From an uncultured archaeon (GTDB taxonomy: Archaea; Altiarchaeota; Altiarchaeia; IMC4; SCGC-AAA252-I15), in NCBI GenBank assembly GCA_902384455.1, contig CABMCB010000059.1:35938-99937 (forward strand): 64,000 nucleotides of DNA, read 5' to 3'. Positions 55,358 to 64,000 of this stretch are shown piece after piece (position 1 is the first letter of the stretch; every line of letters starts with the position of its first letter). Position numbers and translations under genes: made by a program. Under the pieces are notes generated by a model. The model saw nothing but the letters and a program-made list of their open reading frames with translations, was not told where the DNA came from and did not search any database.

Positions 55358-56038
55358 GTGTCATTACTCATCGGAGTCAAAAGCTGTCAGAGAGACCGCA
55401 CCGAAGGCTTCCACCAAGCAATACGGGAAACCTGGGGTCGCGGTCTTTCCAATTTACGATTCTTTTTCGGCGGAGCACCCATGGGAGTTTCCACCGACGA
55501 AGTTCTGCTGAACTGCAAGGACGACTACGAAAGCCTGCCGTACAAAACGAAGGCGATGCTTGAGTGGTTTCTGAACTGCACAACCGAGCAGTTCATTTTC
55601 CTTTGCGACAACGACACGTACGTGAACTACCGGAAGCTGTCCGAACTGCCGTACGCGAAGTACGACTACAGCGGCAAGTCTTCTCTCTGGCCCCCGAACT
55701 CCAAGCTAGGCGTTACGTTTCAGTACAAGGACGGACGCGGCAACACGATTGAAAACTGTCACCCATGGGCGTCAGGCGGCTACGGATATTTTCTTTCACG
55801 CAAGGCGGCGGAGATTATCGTCACGTCCGGCGAGCCTACGTCGTGGGCTGAAGACCTGTGGGTCGGCCAAGTCCTAGGCCCTAGAATGGACATCCTGAAA
55901 TACGACTATCCCGAGTATCACAACAACGTCACCTGGCACTGGTGGAAGCCGGTCGGCGGCAAGATTACACCGTATGAATTGCTGGAAGTCTACCGCAACG
56001 GCGGCGTTCCACAGGGCAAGAAATGGTACATGCGATGA
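55358..56038 (+). CDS. Glycosyltransferase, GT31-like
   Basis: AIRETW, DDYESLPYKT, CDNDTYV, ASGGYGYFLSR, EDLWVG. Confidence 0.8.
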   Translation: MSLLIGVKSCQRDRTEGFHQAIRETWGRGLSNLRFFFGGAPMGVSTDEVLLNCKDDYESLPYKTKAMLEWFLNCTTEQFIFLCDNDTYVNYRKLSELPYAKYDYSGKSSLWPPNSKLGVTFQYKDGRGNTIENCHPWASGGYGYFLSRKAAEIIVTSGEPTSWAEDLWVGQVLGPRMDILKYDYPEYHNNVTWHWWKPVGGKITPYELLEVYRNGGVPQGKKWYMR

Positions 56039-56718
56039 AGATTGCACTCGTCACAATCGCGACCGGCAAGGTCTACCAGGAATATGCACAGCAGATGTTC
56101 AACTCTGCTCGGAAGTTTTTTCCGAAGCATGACCAGTTCGTCTTCACGGACAACGTCGAGAGCATGACCATTACGTGGGGCGACCAGAGTCGCGGCGCTT
56201 TCAAGACTGAAGACCTAGGCTACCCGAGAGCCACGCTGATGCGCTATCACCAGATTATACGCGGCGCATGGCGGTTCAAAGAATACGACCAGATGTTCTA
56301 CTGTGACGCCGACATGGAGTTCGTCGCGCCGGTCGGAAATATTTTCTCTGACGGTCTCGTGGCAACGCTTCACCCGGGATTCGTCGGCACGAAGGGTTCG
56401 CCGGAGACACGCATAACGTCCACGGCGTACTGCCGGGACAATCTGGCATATTACTGCGGCGGCTTTCAAGGCGGCGATGCTAGAACATATCTGGACGCAG
56501 CAACGCAGATGGCCTTCAACATCGACCAGGATGAAAAGAACGGCGTCATGGCGGTGTGGCACGACGAGTCACACTGGAACAAATATCTCTCGGACAACTG
56601 TCCGGGCAAAGTTTTAACGCCGAGCTACTGCTTTCCGGAAGATTCAAACATTCCGTACAAACCAATTTTGGTCGCGCTAGATAAGAGGAAGCGCGGCAAT
56701 CACCCGAGGTACAAATGA
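56035..56718 (+). CDS. Glycosyltransferase family 6 (alpha-1,3-Gal/GalNAc transferase)
   Basis: IATGKVY, FVFTD, CDADM, YYCGGFQGG, AVWHDESHWNKY. Confidence 0.88.
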   Translation: MKIALVTIATGKVYQEYAQQMFNSARKFFPKHDQFVFTDNVESMTITWGDQSRGAFKTEDLGYPRATLMRYHQIIRGAWRFKEYDQMFYCDADMEFVAPVGNIFSDGLVATLHPGFVGTKGSPETRITSTAYCRDNLAYYCGGFQGGDARTYLDAATQMAFNIDQDEKNGVMAVWHDESHWNKYLSDNCPGKVLTPSYCFPEDSNIPYKPILVALDKRKRGNHPRYK

Positions 56719-56972
56719 ATCGAAGAAACTTTCTAGGACTGCTAGGCGGCGGAGTCGCGGCGGCTATCGCGGTGCCGTTCCTTCCGAAGCTGAAGACAGT
56801 CGGCTATCGCACGTACATAATGGGCAAGGATTCCGTCATCGACATGGCCGTCGAGAATCCGAACACGCCTCTCGTCTTCACAGACATCAGCAACTGGAAG
56901 TCGCACAAGGTTAAATACACCGTGACGCTACCGCCGAAGACGAAGTATCGCCTGAGGTACATCGACGTATGA
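56715..56972 (+). CDS. Small protein with twin-arginine signal
   Basis: MNRRNFLGLLGGGVAAA. Confidence 0.6.
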   Translation: MNRRNFLGLLGGGVAAAIAVPFLPKLKTVGYRTYIMGKDSVIDMAVENPNTPLVFTDISNWKSHKVKYTVTLPPKTKYRLRYIDV

Positions 56973-57808
56973 TAACCGTGATGCTGATGGGCGGCATGGG
57001 CAATCAGCTATTTCAGTGGGTCATGGGCCTGGAACATTCAAGACGCTTCAACACGGAACTGGTCCTGGATACCACGCACCTACGCGGCAAGCGGAGCTAT
57101 GCTCTCGACCAGTGGGAAGGAATCAACGAGAGAACGGTGACCGGAAGCCAGCGCTCGGTGACAGAGCAGACTCTGCCGTACAGTCAGCACACCGTGAACC
57201 AGATTTCAGACGGCAGCGTGCTGCAAGGATACTGGCAGAGCGAGAAATATTTCACGAGCGTTCAGAATGACTTCAGACATCTGCTGGTGCCGAGAGACAA
57301 GTCGTTCATGAACATGGACGTGTTCAACGCCATCGTGAAAGAACCGCTGTCGGTTTCTGTGCACGTTCGCCGAGGCGACTATCTGGTCAGTCCGCACAGA
57401 GAGTTCCACGGCGTGCTCGACATGGACTATTACACCAGGTCGATGAACCTGATGAAGAACAAGCTGACCCGAATTGAAACGCGGCGGACCGGACTATTGC
57501 AGGAGAAGGTCACAGAAGAGACAGTCGCACCGAAGTTCTTCGTGTTTTCCGATGACCCCGAGTGGACACGCAGCAACTTCACCGGCAAGGACATCGTGCA
57601 CGTTCAACCGAGCACAGAATCCATCGACATCTATCTGATGGGCATGTGCAAGAATGCAATCGTCGCAAACAGTTCGTTCAGTTGGTGGGGAGCGCAGCTA
57701 GCCAAGAACGACGGACAGATGGTAGTCGCGCCGTACAAGTGGTTCGGTAAGCCGGAAGACAGAGGAAACGCCCGGGACATCGTTCCGGAAAGGTGGTTTA
57801 GACAGTGA
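56969..57808 (+). CDS. Alpha-1,2-fucosyltransferase (GT11)
   Basis: GGMGNQLFQ, GYWQSEKYF, VHVRRGDY, FSDD, NSSFSWW. Confidence 0.9.
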   Translation: MITVMLMGGMGNQLFQWVMGLEHSRRFNTELVLDTTHLRGKRSYALDQWEGINERTVTGSQRSVTEQTLPYSQHTVNQISDGSVLQGYWQSEKYFTSVQNDFRHLLVPRDKSFMNMDVFNAIVKEPLSVSVHVRRGDYLVSPHREFHGVLDMDYYTRSMNLMKNKLTRIETRRTGLLQEKVTEETVAPKFFVFSDDPEWTRSNFTGKDIVHVQPSTESIDIYLMGMCKNAIVANSSFSWWGAQLAKNDGQMVVAPYKWFGKPEDRGNARDIVPERWFRQ

Positions 57809-58719
57809 GCTATCAGAAAGTAGTGATGTGGGGATTTCACCCGCAGCACCAGTACGACACGTACTCGCACATCCTGGAAGGCTTCTACCGGGCCTACAAG
57901 CACATGGGCAAGGAAGTGGAGTGGCTGGACCGGCAGAGCAACATCGAGGGAAGAAAGTTTGAAAACACTCTCTTCATTTCTGAGCACCAGGTCGCGAACA
58001 CGATGCCGCTGCACTCTTCGAACTTCTATGCGGTGCACAACATGTTCGGCGGTAAGAAGGAAACCCTCGACCACCTGAATGGCATGAACGTTCTGCACTA
58101 CGGCGTGTACACGATGAACCACTACAAGGACCACGGCGAGGTTCGCTGGCTGGACCAGTTCAGTCCGTTCTATCCGGAGAAGCGCGTCATCGAGATTTTG
58201 TGGGCGACCGATTTGCTGCCACACGAGATTGAAGCCAACAAGGCTCAGGCCAAGGTGTTCAACGCGAGCAGCCGAGAGATTAACTGGGTCGGCTCAGGCC
58301 GTCGCACGCTGGACGCGTTCGGCAGAGCGGTGAGAGAAGCAGGCATGCAGTTCAACGTTCGCGGTTCGTTCGGCGGTCCGGTCAGTATCGAGGACAACGT
58401 TCTGCAGATACAGCGGTCCAGATTCTCGCCGGTTATGGTGGACGACTATCAGATGACGCACCCGTACATCCCGTGCCGACTGTTCAAGAACATCAGCTAC
58501 GGCGTGTTTCCCGTGACCAATTCGAAGTGCGTGCACGACTACATGGGCAAGGCTACCGTCTTCGAAGAGAACGGGTACAACCTGTTTCACAAGGCGGAGC
58601 GAGAACTGCCCGGAAAGAACATTCACGAACTGTACGGCATGATGGACATGGTTGGCAGATTGCACACCTACATCAACCGTGCACAAGTGATGCTAGAGGC
58701 GGCTGAATACTATGGATAA
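57805..58719 (+). CDS. Putative glycosyltransferase
   Basis: YIPCRLFKNISYG, HTYINR GT-B-like C-terminus; cluster context. Confidence 0.55.
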   Translation: MSYQKVVMWGFHPQHQYDTYSHILEGFYRAYKHMGKEVEWLDRQSNIEGRKFENTLFISEHQVANTMPLHSSNFYAVHNMFGGKKETLDHLNGMNVLHYGVYTMNHYKDHGEVRWLDQFSPFYPEKRVIEILWATDLLPHEIEANKAQAKVFNASSREINWVGSGRRTLDAFGRAVREAGMQFNVRGSFGGPVSIEDNVLQIQRSRFSPVMVDDYQMTHPYIPCRLFKNISYGVFPVTNSKCVHDYMGKATVFEENGYNLFHKAERELPGKNIHELYGMMDMVGRLHTYINRAQVMLEAAEYYG

Positions 58720-59527
58720 GGTCATCGTTCTCGGCGACACCGGCATGCTCGGGCACAAGATGGTTCAGATTCTGAGCCAGAAGTATATGGTTCCCATCAT
58801 TGGCAAGGCTCAGTTCAATCCGCTGCGTGGCGATTCCATTCTGCCGTTTCTCGAATACTACCAGCCTCGTGCGGTCGTGAACTGCATCGGCGCAATCAAG
58901 CAGCGCTCTTACGCCGAGAATGAGTTCGTCACACTCAACGCACTGCTTCCTCACAATCTGCATATCCAGTGTGAGAAAACCGGAGCACACCTGATTCACT
59001 TCAGCAGCGACTGCGTGTTCTCTGGAGAGAACGGGCCTTACAAAGAAACTGCTGAGTCTGACGCCAAGGACATCTACGGCAAGACGAAGTACCTCGGCGA
59101 GGTCGGCCACACGACGGCGCTGACTCTTCGAACGTCAATCATTGGCCGCGAGCTATACAGCACCAACGGTCTGCTGGAATGGTTCCTGAACGAACGGGAC
59201 ACGGTGAACGGATACGTCAAATCGTTTTTCTCCGGTGTCACAACGAACTGGCTGGCGCACGCGGTCAGTCATCTGATTTCTCAGCCGAAGATTCTAGCAG
59301 GTATATACCAGGTTGCGTCTGACCCGACTTCAAAGGATGCGCTGCTGAGAAAGATTCGAACCATCTACGGCAAAGAGAACGCAATAATCCCCAACGAGTA
59401 TCCGAGGTGTAACCGGGTTCTCGATGGAACGAGATTCGAAAAAGAAACAGGCATCGTGGTCCCGGGTTGGGGCGACATGCTGCTACACCAATTCCAGGAA
59501 GACAAGAGGCTATATGCTGGACGGTAA
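58712..59527 (+). CDS. RmlD-like NAD(P)-dependent sugar-nucleotide reductase
   Basis: GDTGMLG, HFSSDCVFSG, YGKTK, RTSIIG. Confidence 0.85.
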   Translation: MDKVIVLGDTGMLGHKMVQILSQKYMVPIIGKAQFNPLRGDSILPFLEYYQPRAVVNCIGAIKQRSYAENEFVTLNALLPHNLHIQCEKTGAHLIHFSSDCVFSGENGPYKETAESDAKDIYGKTKYLGEVGHTTALTLRTSIIGRELYSTNGLLEWFLNERDTVNGYVKSFFSGVTTNWLAHAVSHLISQPKILAGIYQVASDPTSKDALLRKIRTIYGKENAIIPNEYPRCNRVLDGTRFEKETGIVVPGWGDMLLHQFQEDKRLYAGR

Positions 59528-60521
59528 GATTCTCATCACAGGCGGCACCGGCTCACTCGGCAAGGTGGTTCTGCGCAGACTACTCAAGCGCAGCCTACCG
59601 CCGTACCGCATCGTGGTCTTCTCCCGCGACGAGGCGAAGCATTCCGACCTTCGTGCGCTGTACTCCATGGACAAGGAACTGAAAGAGCTATTCGAGTCCG
59701 TGGTTCGCTTTCAGGTTGGAGACGTTCGCGACCAGGACGCGGTCTTCTCCGCGACCGCTGGTGTGGATACCATCATCCATGCTGCAGCGCTCAAGCAGGT
59801 TCCTAGCTGCGAGTACTCTCCGTACGAAGCGGTCGAGACGAACATCATGGGAGCGGAGAACATCATCCGCGCCGTTGAGAAACGGAAGTACGTCACCGAG
59901 GTCATCGGCATTTCTACTGACAAGGCGTGCAAGCCTGTGAACGTCATGGGCATGACAAAAGCCATTCAGGAACGTCTGTTGCTCGGCGCTAGCGAACGCT
60001 GCCCGAACACGCACTTCAAGTGCGTACGCTACGGCAACGTGCTCGCATCACGCGGCTCCGTGATTCCTCTGTTCCAGGAACAGATTAAGAACGGCGGACC
60101 CGTGACCATCACGACATCCGACATGACCAGGTTCCTGCTGTCTCTAGACCAGGCCGTGGACACTGTGTTCGATGCACACGAGTACGGACGACCGGGAGAG
60201 ACGTTCATTCCTAGAATCCCGTCTGCGAGAATCATAGACGTGGCGGAAGCCATGACCGGTACCGTTCTCGGAGTGTGCAAGAAAAATATACCGATTCACA
60301 TCACCGGCATCCGGCCCGGAGAAAAGATTCACGAGATTCTGGTCAGCGAGGAAGAGGCATCCAGAACCTATCCGACCGGGAAGTACTTCGTGATTAAGTC
60401 CGTGCTCAATCCGGGCACGACCAAGGAATGCCTGACCAAAGAGTTCAGTTCTGAAGACTGCGTCATGTCGTACGAGGCAGTCGTTGACCTACTCAAGGAA
60501 CACGGATTCATCAATGATTAA
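59514..60521 (+). CDS. UDP-GlcNAc 4,6-dehydratase (FnlA/CapD-like)
   Basis: ITGGTGSLG, FSRDEAK, HAAALKQVPSCE, STDKACKPVNVMG, RYGNVLASRGSV, RPGEKIHE. Confidence 0.88.
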   Translation: MLDGKILITGGTGSLGKVVLRRLLKRSLPPYRIVVFSRDEAKHSDLRALYSMDKELKELFESVVRFQVGDVRDQDAVFSATAGVDTIIHAAALKQVPSCEYSPYEAVETNIMGAENIIRAVEKRKYVTEVIGISTDKACKPVNVMGMTKAIQERLLLGASERCPNTHFKCVRYGNVLASRGSVIPLFQEQIKNGGPVTITTSDMTRFLLSLDQAVDTVFDAHEYGRPGETFIPRIPSARIIDVAEAMTGTVLGVCKKNIPIHITGIRPGEKIHEILVSEEEASRTYPTGKYFVIKSVLNPGTTKECLTKEFSSEDCVMSYEAVVDLLKEHGFIND

Positions 60522-61314
60522 GATTTACACGTTCGCGTCGAACAGGCCGGATTTTATTCCGCTGCAGATGCGCTCGTTCTTAAAGCACTCGCAGGAGAGC
60601 ATCGAGTTCACCGTGTTCAACAACGCTCGGTTCGATTGCTCTGAAGGCGCTGACTACCACGCAATCAGAGAAGCCTGCAGCGCTGCCGGTGTCGGCATGA
60701 TTGACATTCAGAAGGACCCGAGCCTGATTGCAAGATGTCAGTCAATCGAAGTAAGCTGTCCGCTGTTCAATCATCGCGGCATCTACTCGAACGCCAACGT
60801 GGCGCACGCGTACGCGTTGCGGTGGGCGTGGGAGAACGTCATCTCGAAAGAGCGCTGCAACGTCGCGCTGTTCGACTCTGACGTGTTCCTGGTCGAGACA
60901 ATCAAGTTGTCTACCCTGTTGGAAGAGTACGTGATGTGCAACATCCCGGACGGCAAGCCGCATCCTGACGGCGAACTGATGTACATGTGGCCGACGTTCG
61001 TGTTGATGAACCTGGCGACGATGCCGGAGCCTGAGACTTTGAACTGGTGGTGTGGTAGAATAAAGGGTGTGCCGGTGGACGTGGGCGGACAGACTTATCA
61101 CTACTTCCAGGCGCATCCAGATTTGAAAATCTACAACGTGCCGAGAAAGCACTTCTCAGACAACCCGGACGTAAACTTTAGGCCGTCGAACTACGACGAG
61201 TTCTATCTGGCCGGACAGACCGTACTGCACTATCGCAGCGGTTCGAACTGGGACCACAAGGCTCCGGAGTACCACATGCAAAAACTGAAGTGGCTGAGAG
61301 GAAGAATCGGTTGA
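60514..61314 (+). CDS. Putative glycosyltransferase (GT-A)
   Basis: FDSDVF DxD motif, DVGG, LHYRSGSNW; cluster context. Confidence 0.55.
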   Translation: MIKIYTFASNRPDFIPLQMRSFLKHSQESIEFTVFNNARFDCSEGADYHAIREACSAAGVGMIDIQKDPSLIARCQSIEVSCPLFNHRGIYSNANVAHAYALRWAWENVISKERCNVALFDSDVFLVETIKLSTLLEEYVMCNIPDGKPHPDGELMYMWPTFVLMNLATMPEPETLNWWCGRIKGVPVDVGGQTYHYFQAHPDLKIYNVPRKHFSDNPDVNFRPSNYDEFYLAGQTVLHYRSGSNWDHKAPEYHMQKLKWLRGRIG

Positions 61315-62006
61315 ACCCAATTATTCTAGTGAGTTCTTGCAAGCGAGACCGAGAGAACGGTTGCCACGAGGCGCAACGGAATACAAGCTTTTCCGATTCA
61401 AGAATCTCTTATCGCTTCGTTTTGGGTATCGGCAACAGCAATCCGGACAGCGATGAAATTGTGCTAGACGTTCCGGATGACTACGCGGGACTTCCGTGGA
61501 AGACGCGAGAGGGACATCGGTGGGCACTGAACAACGGGTTCGATTATATCTTCCAGTGCTTCGCAGATACCTATTGCAACACCGAGCGATTGCTGGCATC
61601 CGGTTTTGAGAAGAGAGACTACACAGGAAGCTTCGTGTCTTTGGATTATCTGCCGCACGACGTACCGCAGTTCGGAGCAACAAGGCCTGACCAGTATGCC
61701 TCAGGCGGTCCGGGATATTGGCTCAGCCCTCGATGTTCCAGGCTGATTGTCGAAGCGGAAGTCAAGCATCCCGAAGAAGATTCGTGGATGAACAGAGTCA
61801 TCGCAGCCGGAGCAGAAGACCTATGGGTCGGCAACGTTGTGAGCAGAGCGGGGATTCAAGGAACGCACGACAACCGCTATTGGTCGGACGGCGGACAGAT
61901 GCTGGCGAGCAACGACGTGATTGCGATGCATATCGGCAAAGGTCCGGGGAAATATAGTCCAGAAGTTTTTTACGAGCAACACAGAATCTTTAAGGAGTCA
62001 CAATGA
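61311..62006 (+). CDS. Glycosyltransferase, GT31-like
   Basis: [32 protein letters not shown]; paralog of 55358 gene. Confidence 0.78.
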   Translation: MNPIILVSSCKRDRENGCHEAQRNTSFSDSRISYRFVLGIGNSNPDSDEIVLDVPDDYAGLPWKTREGHRWALNNGFDYIFQCFADTYCNTERLLASGFEKRDYTGSFVSLDYLPHDVPQFGATRPDQYASGGPGYWLSPRCSRLIVEAEVKHPEEDSWMNRVIAAGAEDLWVGNVVSRAGIQGTHDNRYWSDGGQMLASNDVIAMHIGKGPGKYSPEVFYEQHRIFKESQ

Positions 62007-62956
62007 AGAGAGCACTAATCACCGGCATCACCGGACAAGACGGCAGCTACCTCGCGGAACTGCTGCTAGAAAAAGGCTACGAAGTTTGGGGCGCGATGCG
62101 CCGCAGTTCCAGCTTCAACACCGGACGCATTGACCACATCTTCGATGACCTGCATCTGGTCTACGCGGACCTGATGGACTCGAACAGCCTGATTCGCGCC
62201 GTGGAAGAGTCCAAGCCGGATGAAGTCTACAACCTTGGAGCACAGTCGCACGTCCAGGCCAGCTTCCAGATTCCGCAGTACTCAGCCAACGCGGACGCGG
62301 TCGGAGTTTTAAGACTGCTTGAAGCTATTAAAGGGAAGGACATCAAGTTTTACCAAGCGTCGAGCAGCGAAATGTTCGGCTCTAGTCCTGCACCACAGAC
62401 CGAGAACACCCCGTTCCATCCTCGCAGCCCGTACGGTGTGAGCAAGGTCGCTGCATACTGGTACGGCGTGAACTACCGCGAGTCATACGGCATGCACATC
62501 TCAAACGGGATTCTGTTCAACCACGAGTCTCCACGTCGCGGCGAGACGTTCCTGACCAGGAAGGTCACGAGAGCGGTCGCGAGAATCGTCAAAGGCCTGC
62601 AGCCGAATCTGATTCTCGGCAACATGGACGCAAAGCGCGACTGGGGCTACGCGAAGGAATACGTCGAAGGCATGTGGCGAATGCTGCAGCAGCCGACCGG
62701 CGACGACTACGTGCTGGCGACCGGCGAGACGCACACGGTCCAAGAATGGGTCGAGGCCGCGTTCGGCTATGTCGAACTCGATTGGCGGAACTACGTCAAG
62801 ACTGACCCGCGCTATCTGCGACCGGCAGAGGTCAACGTCCTGCAGGGCGACTACACCAAGGCCAATCTGGTCCTGGGTTGGAAGCCAGAAACGAAGTTCA
62901 AGGAACTGGTCAAGCTGATGGTTGAGTCTGATTTGAGAGCGGAGGACCTTGTATGA
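62003..62956 (+). CDS. gmd: GDP-mannose 4,6-dehydratase
   Basis: [50 protein letters not shown]. Confidence 0.95.
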   Translation: MKRALITGITGQDGSYLAELLLEKGYEVWGAMRRSSSFNTGRIDHIFDDLHLVYADLMDSNSLIRAVEESKPDEVYNLGAQSHVQASFQIPQYSANADAVGVLRLLEAIKGKDIKFYQASSSEMFGSSPAPQTENTPFHPRSPYGVSKVAAYWYGVNYRESYGMHISNGILFNHESPRRGETFLTRKVTRAVARIVKGLQPNLILGNMDAKRDWGYAKEYVEGMWRMLQQPTGDDYVLATGETHTVQEWVEAAFGYVELDWRNYVKTDPRYLRPAEVNVLQGDYTKANLVLGWKPETKFKELVKLMVESDLRAEDLV

Positions 62957-63885
62957 ACAAAGACACCTGCATTCTCGTTACCGGCGGCACCGGCTTCCTG
63001 GGTCAGCACGTAGTTCGCGAATTGCGAAGTCAGGGTTACACCGACATCGAAGCAGTCGGTTCTAACAAATACGATCTGACGCTGCAGCACGACGTTGCTG
63101 AAATGTTCTACCGCATCGCGCCAGAGGTCGTGATTCACCTCGCGGCCAACGTCGGCGGCATCGGAGCGAACCAGAAACATCCCGGAAGCTTTCTCTACGA
63201 CAACGCCATCATGGGGCTGAATGTCATGCACATGGCGCGTAACTGGAGCGTGAAGAAGTTCGTCCAGGTCGGCACCGTCTGCAGCTATCCGAAGCACGCC
63301 GAGGTTCCGTTCAAGGAAGATGACATCTGGAACGGCTACCCGGAAGAGACCAACGCGCCTTATGGTATCGCGAAGAAGATGCTGATGACCATGGCACAGG
63401 CCTACCGGCAGGAGTATGGATTCAACGCAATCAATCTCATCCCGGTCAACCTGTACGGACCCGGAGACAACTTCAACCCGGAGAGTTCGCACGTCATTCC
63501 GGCGCTCATCAAAAAGATTTACGAAGCATCGCTGAGCACCGGCAACGTGGAGATTTGGGGAACCGGCAGAGCATCGAGAGAATTTCTCTACGTGGAAGAC
63601 TGCGCAAGGGGAATCGTCAAGGCCATGGAACTGTACAACGGTTCTGAGCCTGTGAACCTCGGAACCGGCAGCGAGATTACCATCGGCGAACTTGTGACGA
63701 TGATTGCCGAACTGCTCGGCGCGAAGAACGGCATCACGTTCGACACCAGCAAGCCAGACGGTCAACCGCGCCGATGCTTGGACACGACCAGGGCAGAAAA
63801 ATACTTCGGCTTCAAGGCGGTGACGCCTCTGCGCGAAGGATTGAAGAGGACAATAAAATGGTACATCAGTCAGCCGTCGATTTGA
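62953..63885 (+). CDS. fcl: GDP-L-fucose synthase
   Basis: [53 protein letters not shown]. Confidence 0.92.
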   Translation: MNKDTCILVTGGTGFLGQHVVRELRSQGYTDIEAVGSNKYDLTLQHDVAEMFYRIAPEVVIHLAANVGGIGANQKHPGSFLYDNAIMGLNVMHMARNWSVKKFVQVGTVCSYPKHAEVPFKEDDIWNGYPEETNAPYGIAKKMLMTMAQAYRQEYGFNAINLIPVNLYGPGDNFNPESSHVIPALIKKIYEASLSTGNVEIWGTGRASREFLYVEDCARGIVKAMELYNGSEPVNLGTGSEITIGELVTMIAELLGAKNGITFDTSKPDGQPRRCLDTTRAEKYFGFKAVTPLREGLKRTIKWYISQPSI

Positions 63886-64000
63886 GCGACGTCACAATCG
63901 GCGTCACAGCATTCCTGCGGTATCCGAGACTCGTGCAAGCGCTGAAAGGCATCGCACACTTCTTTCCGGAGTGCCAATCCATCGTTGCCTCAGACGGCAA
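63882..64000 (+). CDS. Glycosyltransferase family 2, N-terminus (partial)
   Basis: [24 protein letters not shown]...SIVASDG. Confidence 0.6.
   Translation, partial: MSDVTIGVTAFLRYPRLVQALKGIAHFFPECQSIVASDG

Noticed and set aside
62851-63765. 304-aa minus-strand ORF and similar antisense ORFs in the track
   Set aside because: Shadow frames of well-supported genes (here fcl); no motifs or RBS.

Overview
This window is part of a tailed dsDNA bacteriophage genome with two divergent arms. Left arm (minus strand, 1-25.1 kb): partial N4-gp56-like major capsid protein, scaffold, portal, large terminase, small His-rich proteins and an AT-rich tail/structural cassette. It also carries a ~9.8 kb RNA island with 35 tRNA genes covering all 20 amino acids, a reduced RNase P RNA, three circularly permuted tRNA mimics (YrlA/Y-RNA-like architecture), other structured RNAs (some CCA-ended) and homing endonuclease genes. 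A repeat-rich non-coding segment (25.1-26.1 kb) separates the arms. Right arm (plus strand): early genes, a ~630-nt ORF-free structured region, and nucleotide metabolism/replication genes (dNMP kinase, HD hydrolase, exonucleases, GroES, primase-polymerase, ThyX, class II RNR, MazG, PolA, UvrD, PD-(D/E)xK nuclease). These are followed by a TerD-domain protein preceded by two covarying copies of an RNA hairpin, and a glycan cluster (GT31 x2, GT6, GT11, RmlD-like, FnlA/CapD-like, Gmd, Fcl, GT2). The most novel candidate is a phage RNA-processing/RNP system combining the minimal RNase P, the permuted tRNA mimics and the tandem hairpin RNAs with their possibly Ro60-like protein. All calls were made by eye from motifs and base-pairing; no searches or folding programs were run.
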